Assembly (NCBI GenBank): GCA_964543815.1
Contig: CAZIZG010000002.1
Coordinates: forward strand, 50,111 to 114,110
DNA length: 64,000 nucleotides
Reading direction: 5' to 3'
Source of the DNA: an uncultured Bdellovibrionales bacterium
GTDB lineage: Bacteria > Patescibacteriota > Minisyncoccia > Moranbacterales > UBA1568
Shown: in pieces, positions 28,587 through 38,281 of the stretch
Position numbering within the stretch: the first letter of the stretch is position 1
Layout: each line of letters opens with the position of its first letter
Position numbers and translations under genes: made by a program
Notes under the pieces: generated by a model
What the model was told of the DNA's origin: nothing
What the model saw: only the letters and a program-made list of their open reading frames with translations
The model's database searches: none

Positions 28587-30158
28587 ATGGACGATATCAA
28601 GAAAAAAATCACAGAGACTAGACCGCGTCCTTTCGTGCTCACCCCCACCGAACCAGAAACGGTCACGATACGACCAGAGCTGTGGAGCAGACCGCCCAAA
28701 AAAAAGCGTCCTTTCCGGATATCACTTGTCATTCTTCTTTCTGCTTTAGTCCTCTTTATCGGTGGCTTTTTCCTCTTACTCTCAAAGGGTATTTCCATCG
28801 GTCAACATATGCAGTTTGACAATAGCGCCAAACGATCATTTTTGACCGAGCTCCGTGCTCTGACGAACACCTTTCTCGGCGATGATACCAAGCTCCTTCG
28901 TGGTGAAGAGAAGGGTCGGATTAACATCCTTCTCCTTGGTCGGGCCGGAGAACACTATCCCGGCAAGAACCTCACCGATACGGTTATGATAATGAGTATT
29001 GATACTGCACACAAACGCGTAGCGCTCCTCTCTCTCCCGCGCGACCTCTACGTCCCCTTAGGGAAAGGCGAATACTATACCAAGCTCAATTCCGTCTATC
29101 AGTACGGCCTCACAAATAACACCGGCATCACTCCACTACTTGAAACAATTGAGACAATCACAGATCTTCCGATTCACTACTTCACGACACTGGATTTCGA
29201 CAGCTTTGAAAAAGTCGTTGACACCTTAGGTGGTATCTCCGTTGATGTACCCCGTGACCTCGTCGATACCCGCTATCCCGGCAAGAATTACAGCTACGAA
29301 ACTTTCCAGATTGAAAAAGGTTGGCAAACACTTGATGGTACCACTGCGCTCAAGTACGTCAGGGAACGACACGCTGATCCAGAAGGTGATTTCGGTCGGG
29401 CCAAACGCCAGCAACAGGTTATTCAGGCAATCAAGAACAAGGCCTTCTCGCTTGGCACTCTCTTTAATGTCTCCACTGTGAGCCATCTCCTCGATACCCT
29501 GGGTGACAGCGTAAAGACAAATATGACCATCGAAGACATGGCACGCTTTCTTGAACTCTCACGCACCCTCGATACCAAGAATGTCACCACTGTGGTAGTA
29601 GATGCCTGGAAACCAGATAGTCTCCTTCGTGTTTCTCACCTCCAGGTTGGTCCCGTTGCTGCCTTCATTCTTGTACCCCGGGTCGGCAATTGGAGCGAAG
29701 TTCATGATTTAGCAGCTACTATCTTCAGTCAGGACCAGCGAGAAAAGCGAAGGAGCTTGATTCAAACTGAAGCATCAACACTCACCATCCTCTCGGGGGC
29801 CAGTAATCGAGAAACGGCAGGTAAAATTGCCACGCTCATCGAAGAAGAAATTGGCTTCGCCAAAGTTACCCTTGTCACCCTGCCCGCTTTGGAAAAAGTG
29901 CCTGAAGAGAGTATCATGACAAAGAGAGGGTCTCTCGACAAGCCCTATAGCGAGGATGAGCTCCTCAAACGCTTCTCTCTTACGAAAGCTGCCTCATTAC
30001 CCGGGAATATCACCTCGAGTGTAAACAACGATTTTACCATCCTCCTCGGCAGCGATCTCGTCGACTTGTTTTCCCTGGCTAATACGCCAGTTGATACCAC
30101 GATTGACGACGGTACCTTCTCCGAACCCCTTCCACCTCAACTGAAAAAGAAGCATTAA
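28587..30158 (+). CDS. LytR-CpsA-Psr (LCP) family cell-wall polymer transferase
   Basis: N-terminal TM helix and LCP core (…INILLLGRAGEH…TDTVMIMSID…LLSLPRDLYV…), 523 aa. Confidence 0.85.
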   Translation: MDDIKKKITETRPRPFVLTPTEPETVTIRPELWSRPPKKKRPFRISLVILLSALVLFIGGFFLLLSKGISIGQHMQFDNSAKRSFLTELRALTNTFLGDDTKLLRGEEKGRINILLLGRAGEHYPGKNLTDTVMIMSIDTAHKRVALLSLPRDLYVPLGKGEYYTKLNSVYQYGLTNNTGITPLLETIETITDLPIHYFTTLDFDSFEKVVDTLGGISVDVPRDLVDTRYPGKNYSYETFQIEKGWQTLDGTTALKYVRERHADPEGDFGRAKRQQQVIQAIKNKAFSLGTLFNVSTVSHLLDTLGDSVKTNMTIEDMARFLELSRTLDTKNVTTVVVDAWKPDSLLRVSHLQVGPVAAFILVPRVGNWSEVHDLAATIFSQDQREKRRSLIQTEASTLTILSGASNRETAGKIATLIEEEIGFAKVTLVTLPALEKVPEESIMTKRGSLDKPYSEDELLKRFSLTKAASLPGNITSSVNNDFTILLGSDLVDLFSLANTPVDTTIDDGTFSEPLPPQLKKKH

Positions 30159-30174
30159 TTCTTCTCATCCCGCT

Positions 30175-30717
30175 ATGAAACTTATTATTGGACTCGGTAA
30201 TCCCGGCAACAATCACACGCTCACTCGTCACAATGCTGGTTTTCTTTGTCTCGACTCTCTCCAGAAAGAATGGGGCGCCGAAGCTTTCCAGCCAAACAAA
30301 AAAATGTCCGCTCTCGTGAGCGAAGGGGCCGTTGGCCGAAACAGAGTCCTCCTCGTCAAGCCAGAAACCTTTATGAATGCTTCCGGCACTGCGGTCAGTC
30401 AGCTCGTCCACTTCTATAAGCTCGAGCCAACCGACATCGTCGTGATCCATGACGACCTCGACATCGCCCCTGGTACTTACAAACTCACTCACTCATCGCG
30501 CGCCGCTGGTCACAATGGCGTGGCTGATATTATCGAAAAGCTTGGCACCCAGGACTTCACCCGCATCCGCCTCGGTATCGGCCGACCGACTGAGGTCTCA
30601 GGTATTTGCATGCCATCCCATGATTTCGTCCTCCAAAATTTCTCCAAAGACGAACTTGCTACTCTCTCTGCTCTCTTTCCGCAAGTAAAAGATGAGCTTG
30701 TCAAATGGCTCAATTAG
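30175..30717 (+). CDS. pth: Peptidyl-tRNA hydrolase
   Basis: Starts MKLIIGLGNPGNNHTLTRHNAGF, the canonical Pth N-terminus. Confidence 0.93.
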   Translation: MKLIIGLGNPGNNHTLTRHNAGFLCLDSLQKEWGAEAFQPNKKMSALVSEGAVGRNRVLLVKPETFMNASGTAVSQLVHFYKLEPTDIVVIHDDLDIAPGTYKLTHSSRAAGHNGVADIIEKLGTQDFTRIRLGIGRPTEVSGICMPSHDFVLQNFSKDELATLSALFPQVKDELVKWLN

Positions 30718-30723
30718 CAAAGA

Positions 30724-30755
30724 AAAAAGACCAGCGTATCGCCGGTCTTTTTTGT
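30724..30755 (+). terminator. Intrinsic terminator after pth
   Basis: AGACCAGCG-uau-CGCCGGUCU followed by UUUUUUG. Confidence 0.6.
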
Positions 30756-30935
30756 CGTTTCTCGTTTCTATCCTCAGCCGAAGAGAGCAAAGACAAACCT
30801 TCACTCCCCTACATTTCAGAAAGAACGGGCTAGGAGGGATGCCAGTTCTTCCCCTGAGGACAGAAACCAAAAACTACTCATCAGTGGAACCCTATTGTAG
30901 CAAAATTCCCATCATTTGTCAACGCGTCTATAGTT

Positions 30936-30970
30936 CAAAAAAGACCCTCTGTGACGAGGGTCTTTTTATT
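30936..30970. terminator. Bidirectional intrinsic terminator after rplY
   Basis: AAAAAAGACCCTC-tgtgac-GAGGGTCTTTTTATT, with A and T runs on both sides. Confidence 0.6.
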
Positions 30971-30989
30971 GTTCTATTTGAAAAAAAGA

Positions 30990-31676
30990 TTACTTTTTCT
31001 CTTCTTTCTTGGTGGCGTCGGCAGCAGGAACAGTAGTATCCGCTTCCTTGACCACACCCTCTACCTTAGTGACATCAGCTTCTACCTTTTCATCAAGAGC
31101 AGCCATCTGAGCCTCGGTACGAGGTGCTTCCACAAGGACGATAGTGGTTAACTCATCATTCAAAACCTTCACACCACTTGGGAGCACCAAGTCCTTCACC
31201 TGCACATGTGTAGAAAAATCCTTGAGAGTCGAAAGATCAATAGTGATGCTATGTGGCAAATCCTTCGGGAGACAGCTCACGGTTACTTCTTCGAGAGTCT
31301 TCACGAGAACACCACCAAGCTCACGAACAGCTGGGGACTCATTCACGAACTCAAGTGGGATATGAGCTTCCAACTCTTCGTTCATGCTCACCTCAAAAAA
31401 ATCAATATGAGAGATACGATTAGACATCGCATCATGAGCCAAATCCTGTACGATGACACTAGCCTGCTTCTTGTCTCCAATAGCAAGGTTGATAATACTC
31501 GATTCACCAGCCACGGCATACACCTTACTAAAGGTCAAAAAATCAACCCAAAGCATCTGTGGTACACTCTTGTGACCATACATGATTGCAGGAATCTGAC
31601 CCTTCTTGCGAGCGGCCTCAATCTTGGCACTCGAAACTTTTTCACGAAGAGTAGCTGCCAGTTTAATATCTGCCAT
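30990..31676 (-). CDS. rplY: 50S ribosomal protein L25 / general stress protein Ctc
   Basis: 228 aa with an L25 N-domain (…GQIPAIMYGH…) and a Ctc-type C-terminal extension with an acidic/lysine tail. Confidence 0.85.
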   Translation of the reverse strand: MADIKLAATLREKVSSAKIEAARKKGQIPAIMYGHKSVPQMLWVDFLTFSKVYAVAGESSIINLAIGDKKQASVIVQDLAHDAMSNRISHIDFFEVSMNEELEAHIPLEFVNESPAVRELGGVLVKTLEEVTVSCLPKDLPHSITIDLSTLKDFSTHVQVKDLVLPSGVKVLNDELTTIVLVEAPRTEAQMAALDEKVEADVTKVEGVVKEADTTVPAADATKKEEKK

Positions 31677-31715
31677 AACGAAATACTACCGGATTAGACT
31701 GTTTAAAAAAAATGT

Positions 31716-32039
31716 TTATGGTATCAATCCCTCGACACCACCAGTATAGTGTTTCAGAAATTGGTGGGCCTCGATGACATTGTCCGCTGAGACTGCTTCC
31801 CCTGAGAATACCGTTCGGGCCTCACTCTGTTCCAAATCAGTCAGCGTCCCCAGAGTCACGACCCCAAACTGGCCGAGTGACACGAAAACGATGGTTGAGG
31901 CACTACAGCCATCACAGGTCATGTGGAGAGTGGTACGCTTATCATCCTCGTCAATCACGAGCATTTTAGTCGAACGGTACTTTTTATTGCAGACCGGACA
32001 ACGGATGAGTGACTGGATGTTTTCAAGTGGCAGTTTCAT
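31716..32039 (-). CDS. Hypothetical zinc-ribbon protein (CPVC…CDGC)
   Basis: 107 aa with CxxC…CxxC at the N-terminus. No family recognised. Confidence 0.5.
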   Translation of the reverse strand: MKLPLENIQSLIRCPVCNKKYRSTKMLVIDEDDKRTTLHMTCDGCSASTIVFVSLGQFGVVTLGTLTDLEQSEARTVFSGEAVSADNVIEAHQFLKHYTGGVEGLIP

Positions 32040-32121
32040 GTTTGTATACTAGCAAAAATGGCTCGAAACAAGCAACTTTTGAGTAAAAGCAGTCTACCAG
32101 AAACTACCATGGAGGTCAACC

Positions 32122-32148
32122 CCAAGAAAAAAGAGCCTGGGGAGGCTC
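32122..32148 (-). terminator. Intrinsic terminator after hypothetical gene 32162..32638
   Basis: Minus strand reads AGAGCCU-cccc-AGGCUCU followed by UUUUUUCUUGGGG. Confidence 0.6.
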
Positions 32149-32161
32149 TCATAATCGCATG

Positions 32162-32638
32162 CTAGCGATAATAACAGGAAGAAGCACCAGAATGCGGATC
32201 GTACACGATATAGACCAGTGCACCGCCCTCGAGATCCCATTCCCAATCATTCCGAAAGCGCGTCTCTTCGGCGGCCCTGAGCATCTCAATCCGAGCAAAC
32301 AACTCATCTTGCCATTCCGGCAGGAAATCTGTCACCCAGGGATTCGACAATGCGGTCTCAGCAAATCGTTCCACCACGTCACCGCGATCACATTGCCGAT
32401 AACGAAATCCTGGACAAGAGAGCAGTGGGTACTGATACCCCCGCCTCGGCTTGAAGAAAGTTTGCACATCCCCACCCCGTCGAAGCGGATTACCCTCCTG
32501 GTATTCCAGATCGGGCCACAGTCCGGAAGACGCGTTCCTTTCAAGCTCAGACCGGTCACGATGGAGAATCTCCATCTGACCACAGTGTGCGCACAAAAAA
32601 CCAAACATAACGCCCTCGCTTTTCAACAAAATTATCAA
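32162..32638 (-). CDS. Hypothetical Cys-rich protein (CAHC … CPGFRYRQC), possible metal-binding
   Basis: 158-aa ORF with its own terminator. No family recognised. The start may be the internal Met (MFGFLCAHCG). Confidence 0.5.
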   Translation of the reverse strand: MIILLKSEGVMFGFLCAHCGQMEILHRDRSELERNASSGLWPDLEYQEGNPLRRGGDVQTFFKPRRGYQYPLLSCPGFRYRQCDRGDVVERFAETALSNPWVTDFLPEWQDELFARIEMLRAAEETRFRNDWEWDLEGGALVYIVYDPHSGASSCYYR

Positions 32639-32681
32639 TGTTCAATGTTCAAAAACGTAGCACACCCCTCTCCACTCCGTC

Positions 32682-32712
32682 AAATAAAAAAGAGCCTTTA
32701 GAGCTCTTTTTT
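32682..32712 (-). terminator. Intrinsic terminator after gyrB
   Basis: Minus strand reads AAGAGC-ucuaaag-GCUCUU followed by UUUUUAUUUG. Confidence 0.55.
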
Positions 32713-32731
32713 ACATCATGAAAAATCAGCA

Positions 32732-34783
32732 CTAGATATCCAAGTTTTTGACGGTCTTGGCATGCGTTTGAATGAAGCGACGGCGCGGCTCCACTTCACT
32801 CCCCATCAAAATATCAAAGAGTTCATCAGCTGCTTCTGCATCTTCAATCGTCACCTGAAGCATGCACCGGTGATCAGGATTCATGGTCGTTTCCCATAGC
32901 TGTTCTGGGTTCATTTCTCCGAGACCCTTGTAGCGCTGGATAGCGACGCCGCCAATTGTTTCCGAACCCTCAATAGCTTCTTCCAGCACCGGTTCCTGGC
33001 CCGCTTCTAAGGCCTCTTTGGCTTTCTTGGCTTTCTTGGCAGTCGACTTGGCCGAGGCCTCTTTTCTCATTTCATCGAGTACACGCTCTTTTTCAGCGTC
33101 CGTGTAAACATAACGAATGTCCTTACCCTTGGCCAATCGATAAAGTGGCGGTTGAGCGATATACACATTGCCGCCACGCACCAACTCTTCGTAGTAGCGA
33201 TAGAAGAATGTGAGAAGAAGCGTCCGAATATGCGAACCATCGACATCGGCATCGGCCATGATAATAATCTTGTGATAACGCAACTTGGCGACATCAAAAG
33301 TCTCGCCGATACCGGTACCCAGAGCAATAATAATCGGCTTCAAAGTATCAGACTTCACCACCTTATCGAGACTGGTTTTCTCCACGTTTACCAACTTCCC
33401 CCGAAGTGGCAAAATAGCCTGAAACATTCGATTACGCCCCTGTTTGGCACTACCGCCGGCCGAATCCCCCTCCACGATGTACATCTCCGACCGACTGGCA
33501 TCACGACTGGTGCAATCAGCGAGCTTTCCCGGGAGCGTCATCCCCTCAAGAGCGCCTTTGCGCAGCACCGCATCCTTGGCTGCTCGAGCTGCTATTCTCG
33601 CTCGCACTGTAAGGAGGCACTTTTCAATCATCGCTCGAGCATCGCTCGGGTGAGTATCAAGAAACTCTACCAACGCCTCCGATACAACGGAAGAAACGGC
33701 GCTACGCACCTCAATATTGTTAAGTTTGTCCTTGGTTTGACCTTCAAACTGAGGATTGGCCAATTTCACCGATACTACCGCCGTCAATCCTTCTGCCAAA
33801 TCATCGGAGGTCATCGAGCCCTCCTTTTCCTTGATGAGATTATTCTTTTTAGCATAATCATTAAGCACTCTCGTGAGAGCCATCTTGAGTCCCGTGACAT
33901 GTGTTCCGCCACCAGGATTCAAAATATTGTTCGCAAACGAAAAGAGATGTTCTTTAAAACCATCCGTAAACTGAAGCGAGGCTTCAACGTTGATATTGTC
34001 AACATTTTTCTCGACATAGAATGGGGTTACATTCTTGACTGTGCGCTTGCGATTGAGAAATTTAACAAACGAAATAATACCGGAATCAAAATAGAAACCA
34101 TGACGCTTCACTTTGTAAGCTTCTGCCTCTGTCGGAGCTTCACGCCAATCCTCCACTTTGACGCGCACACCCTTAGTAAGGAATGCCTGATAACGGAGGT
34201 ATTCAAGAATCTTGGTCCAAGAATATTTAATTTCTGGAAAAATCTCTGGGTCAGCCTGAAAAGCTACTGTGGTACCAGTGCGATCAGATTTACCAATAGA
34301 CTTCACCGCGCCTTCTGGCTTACCACGCTTGTAACTATGAACCCATATCTTTCCTTGGCGTTCTACCGTCACCTTAGTATGGACAGAGAGGGCATTCACT
34401 ACCGATACACCCACCCCGTGTAGACCACCAGAAATTTTATAACCACTGCCTTCACCACCAAACTTACCTCCAGCATGGAGCACCGTCATGACCGTCTCGA
34501 GGGTCGACTTCTTCGTCTGAGGATGGATATCAACTGGAATACCACGACCGTTATCGACAACCTCAACCCAATTATCCGGGAGCAGGCGTACGATAATTTC
34601 ATTACAGTAACCGGCCATGGCCTCGTCAATCGAGTTGTTGACCACTTCCCAAATAAGATGGTGTAACCCTTCAAGGGAGGTGCCTCCAATATACATACCA
34701 GGGCGTTTGCGTACTGGATCAAGTCCTTCAAGTACCTGGATGGAACTCGCATCGTATGAAGATTGGTCTGTCTTTTTGGCCAT
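32732..34783 (-). CDS. gyrB: DNA gyrase subunit B
   Basis: 683 aa with a GHKL ATPase N-domain (…PGMYIGGT…), a TOPRIM domain (…EGDSAGGSAKQGR…) and a C-terminal GyrA-interaction region. Confidence 0.97.
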   Translation of the reverse strand: MAKKTDQSSYDASSIQVLEGLDPVRKRPGMYIGGTSLEGLHHLIWEVVNNSIDEAMAGYCNEIIVRLLPDNWVEVVDNGRGIPVDIHPQTKKSTLETVMTVLHAGGKFGGEGSGYKISGGLHGVGVSVVNALSVHTKVTVERQGKIWVHSYKRGKPEGAVKSIGKSDRTGTTVAFQADPEIFPEIKYSWTKILEYLRYQAFLTKGVRVKVEDWREAPTEAEAYKVKRHGFYFDSGIISFVKFLNRKRTVKNVTPFYVEKNVDNINVEASLQFTDGFKEHLFSFANNILNPGGGTHVTGLKMALTRVLNDYAKKNNLIKEKEGSMTSDDLAEGLTAVVSVKLANPQFEGQTKDKLNNIEVRSAVSSVVSEALVEFLDTHPSDARAMIEKCLLTVRARIAARAAKDAVLRKGALEGMTLPGKLADCTSRDASRSEMYIVEGDSAGGSAKQGRNRMFQAILPLRGKLVNVEKTSLDKVVKSDTLKPIIIALGTGIGETFDVAKLRYHKIIIMADADVDGSHIRTLLLTFFYRYYEELVRGGNVYIAQPPLYRLAKGKDIRYVYTDAEKERVLDEMRKEASAKSTAKKAKKAKEALEAGQEPVLEEAIEGSETIGGVAIQRYKGLGEMNPEQLWETTMNPDHRCMLQVTIEDAEAADELFDILMGSEVEPRRRFIQTHAKTVKNLDI

Positions 34784-34801
34784 AGATCTGAATGTAGCGG
34801 T

Positions 34802-35200
34802 TTAATCTGCAGAGTCTGAAAAAATACGGCGGAGCGAAAATTCAATAAGGAGCACTGCCGAAAACAAAAGAAGAGCATCCCACCAATTAAGTAACCGTTC
34901 TTTCTGGAGGAAAATAACCCCGATAATAAAGAGGGTTAATAGGAAGGATTGTCGAAAAGCTCCGCCCAAATAATGAATCACGCCTACTCCTAACATACGC
35001 CGATAGAGGGCTGTCATGATAAGCGTCATAACTCCGAGCAAAAAAGCGAAGCCGCTCACAAAAAAAAGTACCTCCGCTGTTAATCCTGTATCTGGATTAA
35101 CAGCCACCACAATACCCAACCACGCGCCAAACGAGAGAAGTGTGAAGAGACGAACCCCCCACAAGTAAACTTGAAGCGACATAGCGCGTGAAAAAGGCAA
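34802..35200 (-). CDS. Hypothetical integral membrane protein (4 TM helices)
   Basis: 132-aa hydrophobic ORF. No family recognised. Confidence 0.5.
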   Translation of the reverse strand: MPFSRAMSLQVYLWGVRLFTLLSFGAWLGIVVAVNPDTGLTAEVLFFVSGFAFLLGVMTLIMTALYRRMLGVGVIHYLGGAFRQSFLLTLFIIGVIFLQKERLLNWWDALLLFSAVLLIEFSLRRIFSDSAD

Positions 35201-35305
35201 TAGTCCAAAAAATACTCAGGAAGTACCCTTGTATTTCCTCTCCTATTCTAGCTGCTTTTCCACAAAAGAGCAATCCCATGAAAGGAGAATATTACACCTT
35301 AAATA

Positions 35306-35338
35306 AGCCAAAAAACAATCCCGCTTCCGCGGGATTGT
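35306..35338 (-). terminator. Intrinsic terminator after efp
   Basis: Minus strand reads CAAUCCCGC-ggaa-GCGGGAUUG followed by UUUUUUGGC. Confidence 0.6.
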
Positions 35339-35351
35339 AACGGATTGTAAC

Positions 35352-35909
35352 TCAGGCACGTGAGACGTAGGTACCCTTTTCCGTATTGATAATGATACGG
35401 TCACCCTGCTTAACAAAAAGCGGTGTTGTGACCTGAAGTCCGGTTTCCAGTGTTACCACTTTGTCACCACCTGAGGCCGTATCACCCTTTAATCCTGGGG
35501 GAGCTTCAACAACGGTCAGGGTCACTTTAACCGGAATTTCTAGGTTAATCGGGCGACCATTCCAATTAAGAATACTGACTTCCGTCCCTTCAACAAGATA
35601 CTTCGTCATGGCTCCGAGTACCTCCTCAGAGAGAAAAAATTGGTCATAGCTCTCAGTATCCATGAACTGATACTGGTCCCCTTCATGATAAAGATACTGA
35701 GCATGTGACTTTGACATTTCTGCCTCTTCTACTTTGTCAGCACCCGAAAAGGTGAAGTCGATAATCACCCCAGAGAGAAGATTTTTAAGCTTGGTGCGCA
35801 TCACCGCCCCACCGCGTCCAATCATGGAGTGGAGGTATTCAAGCACAAGATATGGCTCACCGTTATGAATAATGGTTCGCCCTGTTTTGATATCGGTCAA
35901 TCCGAGCAT
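35352..35909 (-). CDS. efp: Elongation factor P (Arg at the tip of the modified loop)
   Basis: MLGLTDIKTGRTIIHNGEPYLVLEY… aligns to EF-P. The KPGKG loop is replaced by IGRGG. The ORF-track start at 35960 would overlap rpsR, so the internal Met (35909) was chosen. Confidence 0.88.
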   Translation of the reverse strand: MLGLTDIKTGRTIIHNGEPYLVLEYLHSMIGRGGAVMRTKLKNLLSGVIIDFTFSGADKVEEAEMSKSHAQYLYHEGDQYQFMDTESYDQFFLSEEVLGAMTKYLVEGTEVSILNWNGRPINLEIPVKVTLTVVEAPPGLKGDTASGGDKVVTLETGLQVTTPLFVKQGDRIIINTEKGTYVSRA

Positions 35910-35919
35910 AGTCCAAACC

Positions 35920-36114
35920 TTAGCGAACAAGATACGGGACGAGAGCCATATAACGGGCACGCTTCACGGCGAGAGCCAAACCACGCTGTTCCTTGGCGGA
36001 CAAACCGTAACGCTTCGGCGGATACATCTTGCCCTGCGAGTTCAAAAACTTGCGGAGAAAATAAGCGTCTTTGTAATCGATATTAGCGAGCTTCTTGCTC
36101 ATTGCTGCTTCCAT
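35920..36114 (-). CDS. rpsR: 30S ribosomal protein S18
   Basis: 64 aa with …IDYKDAYFLRKFLNSQGKMYPPKRYGLSAKEQR…, the S18 signature. Confidence 0.88.
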   Translation of the reverse strand: MEAAMSKKLANIDYKDAYFLRKFLNSQGKMYPPKRYGLSAKEQRGLALAVKRARYMALVPYLVR

Positions 36115-36144
36115 GGTCGTAATGTTAGATAATAAATCGCTCTA

Positions 36145-36618
36145 CTAGAATGGTACATCTTCGATCTTTATTTCATCCTTTTCATCGTCGAGGTTGATAG
36201 TTGGAATTTCTTCCTCTGCTGGAACCGGCGCACTCTTGGTAGCTGCTGGAGCGGTATTTCTCGGAGCACTTTGACTCTGGGCACCACCCTGAGCTCGACT
36301 ACCAAGCTGCATCGTTTCCCCTACAATCTCAGTTACTTTGCGTTCAGTGCCATCCTTGGCAGTATATTCCCGACTCTGAAGTCTCCCCTCAACATAGCAT
36401 TCTTGACCCTTGGTCAGATACTGACCGGCAATTTCCGCCAACCGACCCCACAAAATGACCGTATGATATTCTGTACGTTCCTGACGAGTCCCTCCCTTAT
36501 CGGTCCAAAAATTATTGGTAGCCATCGAAAGCGTAGCCACTTGCTGACCACTCGTCGTTGTCCGCATATCCGGATCACGGGTTAGACGTCCGACCAAAAT
36601 CACTTTGTTGACGTTCAT
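36145..36618 (-). CDS. ssb: Single-stranded DNA-binding protein
   Basis: Starts MNVNKVILVGRLTRDPDMR… (OB fold) and has an acidic C-terminal tail …EDVPF. Confidence 0.92.
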   Translation of the reverse strand: MNVNKVILVGRLTRDPDMRTTTSGQQVATLSMATNNFWTDKGGTRQERTEYHTVILWGRLAEIAGQYLTKGQECYVEGRLQSREYTAKDGTERKVTEIVGETMQLGSRAQGGAQSQSAPRNTAPAATKSAPVPAEEEIPTINLDDEKDEIKIEDVPF

Positions 36619-36646
36619 ACGCCTACTGTTAGGATTATTTGTTTAT

Positions 36647-37153
36647 CTAGATGTCCAACTTTGCTTTGAGTTGTTCATCAATTTCAGCCGTGCTCACTGC
36701 CTTCTTTTCTGTCTCCTGAGAGACTACTGGAGCCTGGGGCATTGGACGAACAGCTCCGCGCTTCTCATAACGATTGCCACGATTTTCAGTCCGTGGACGT
36801 TCCTCACGCGGAATCGGCTTGAGTTCTGGTAAATCATCAGCACTGACGATCAGGAATCGTAAAACATCCTTGGAAAGTTGCAGGGCCCGATTAATCTCTA
36901 CCAACGGATGAATCTCTGAGACTGTAGCCAGCTCATCCTGTTCATCCTTATCAGGCAAAGTAAAACGACGAGCAATATATGTCCCACGAACCTCTTTTTT
37001 TACCGGGTAGGCTAATTTCCGCTTTTCTTCCGTCTGCGGGGCAAGAAATGCACCGCCAAAAGAAACCACTAACTTCTCTACCTCTTCACGGATGCGACCT
37101 ATTTCAGCGTCTTTCGATTCCCCCACTAAATAAAATAACTCGTACTCCTTCAT
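36647..37153 (-). CDS. rpsF: 30S ribosomal protein S6 with a C-terminal extension
   Basis: Starts MKEYELFYLV…, an S6-like N-terminus, at the internal Met. This completes the classic rpsF-ssb-rpsR arrangement. Confidence 0.85.
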   Translation of the reverse strand: MKEYELFYLVGESKDAEIGRIREEVEKLVVSFGGAFLAPQTEEKRKLAYPVKKEVRGTYIARRFTLPDKDEQDELATVSEIHPLVEINRALQLSKDVLRFLIVSADDLPELKPIPREERPRTENRGNRYEKRGAVRPMPQAPVVSQETEKKAVSTAEIDEQLKAKLDI

Positions 37154-37322
37154 ACCATTTATAACTACTAATAAATTACAAAAAAGCCCACAACGAAAGA
37201 AAATCCTCCGCATGCGGGCTGGTTGCTCCTGGTCCCTTCAACGAAGTTCAGGGCGGGAGAAACATCGGACTTTCTTGTTGTGTCGGAAGCGTACCAGAAA
37301 AATCAAATCTTGGCAAGTACCC

Positions 37323-38237
37323 CTAGGAAGATCTCCGACGCATCAGTATGGCGCCACCAATCCCAAGAACCAGGGTTCCTGTGAAAATCAGGAAGATCAG
37401 CAACGGACGAGGAACCTTACCGAAAACCTGCAAGTATTTCTCGTCGACTCCCTCTGTAACCAACCTTTTCTCTGGAAGGCCCACCGCCAAAATCTTTTGG
37501 TCAAGAACCTCATTATCACTCCCTCGCAGGCTAACAGTCACCTGATTGGCGCAAGTACCCTCAGTCGGAAATGACGCAATCACCGTCTCGGCACCTGAGG
37601 TAACGATTTGTTTTTCCATTAAAACCGCACACTCCTTGCCGCTCATGTCATCCAGCGTTACATGAAGGAAGAGGGTCTTTTCTGAAACTACCGCTTTTGT
37701 TTGGTCGATATTCACTGTAAGCCGAAAACTATCTTGCCAGGCGTACCGTTCCCGATCAAATTTAGCACCAGTTATCCTCGCTTCTGTCTGCCCAACCTCT
37801 ACCGAACCGAGAAGATAGGACTCGTGAGCCAACGCTCGACCTGAACCATTTTCCTGAAGAGAAAACGTGTACTGATACTCTCCTCCTTGAAAGACCGCTG
37901 GGAAAGTAAGCGCGACACTTGCTGTTTCATTTCCTTTGAGCATAACCACACTTCCAGTCGTAGAAAGGTCTCTTCCCTCAAAAACCTGCTTTCCGAGAAT
38001 GAAAGCTGAAAGATCCTTATTTTTATCAGTTGCAGAAACATCACAATGTACCGTCAATGCTTCACCCGAAACCTGAACAAATGCTCCGACGATATCAGTC
38101 TTTGTATTTTCAGGAAGACAATATATAGACACGGGATAATCAACTGGCGCCGACTTGATCCTTTGTAGCGGCACAGCCAACCCCAATACCGTAAGAAACC
38201 CGAGAAAGATGGAGGTTGTGAGATTCCTCTGTTGCAT
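37323..38237 (-). CDS. Secreted surface protein with a C-terminal TM anchor; paralog A of the N-terminal module of the giant ORF
   Basis: Signal peptide (MQQRNLTTSIFLGFLTVLGLA…), a beta-rich body, and a C-terminal TM helix plus basic tail (…LVLGIGGAILMRRRSS). Local similarity (G-K/E-ECA … VSL.GS…VLD) to aa ~300-400 of the 38282..42679 product. Confidence 0.6.
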   Translation of the reverse strand: MQQRNLTTSIFLGFLTVLGLAVPLQRIKSAPVDYPVSIYCLPENTKTDIVGAFVQVSGEALTVHCDVSATDKNKDLSAFILGKQVFEGRDLSTTGSVVMLKGNETASVALTFPAVFQGGEYQYTFSLQENGSGRALAHESYLLGSVEVGQTEARITGAKFDRERYAWQDSFRLTVNIDQTKAVVSEKTLFLHVTLDDMSGKECAVLMEKQIVTSGAETVIASFPTEGTCANQVTVSLRGSDNEVLDQKILAVGLPEKRLVTEGVDEKYLQVFGKVPRPLLIFLIFTGTLVLGIGGAILMRRRSS

Positions 38238-38281
38238 AGCTTTTATATTGAAAATACGACTTATTTAACCCATCCTGTGAC

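Noticed and set aside
35910-35960. Longer efp ORF starting at 35960
   Set aside because: It would overlap the conserved rpsR coding sequence and add a non-conserved hydrophobic N-terminus. The internal Met gives the canonical EF-P N-terminus.
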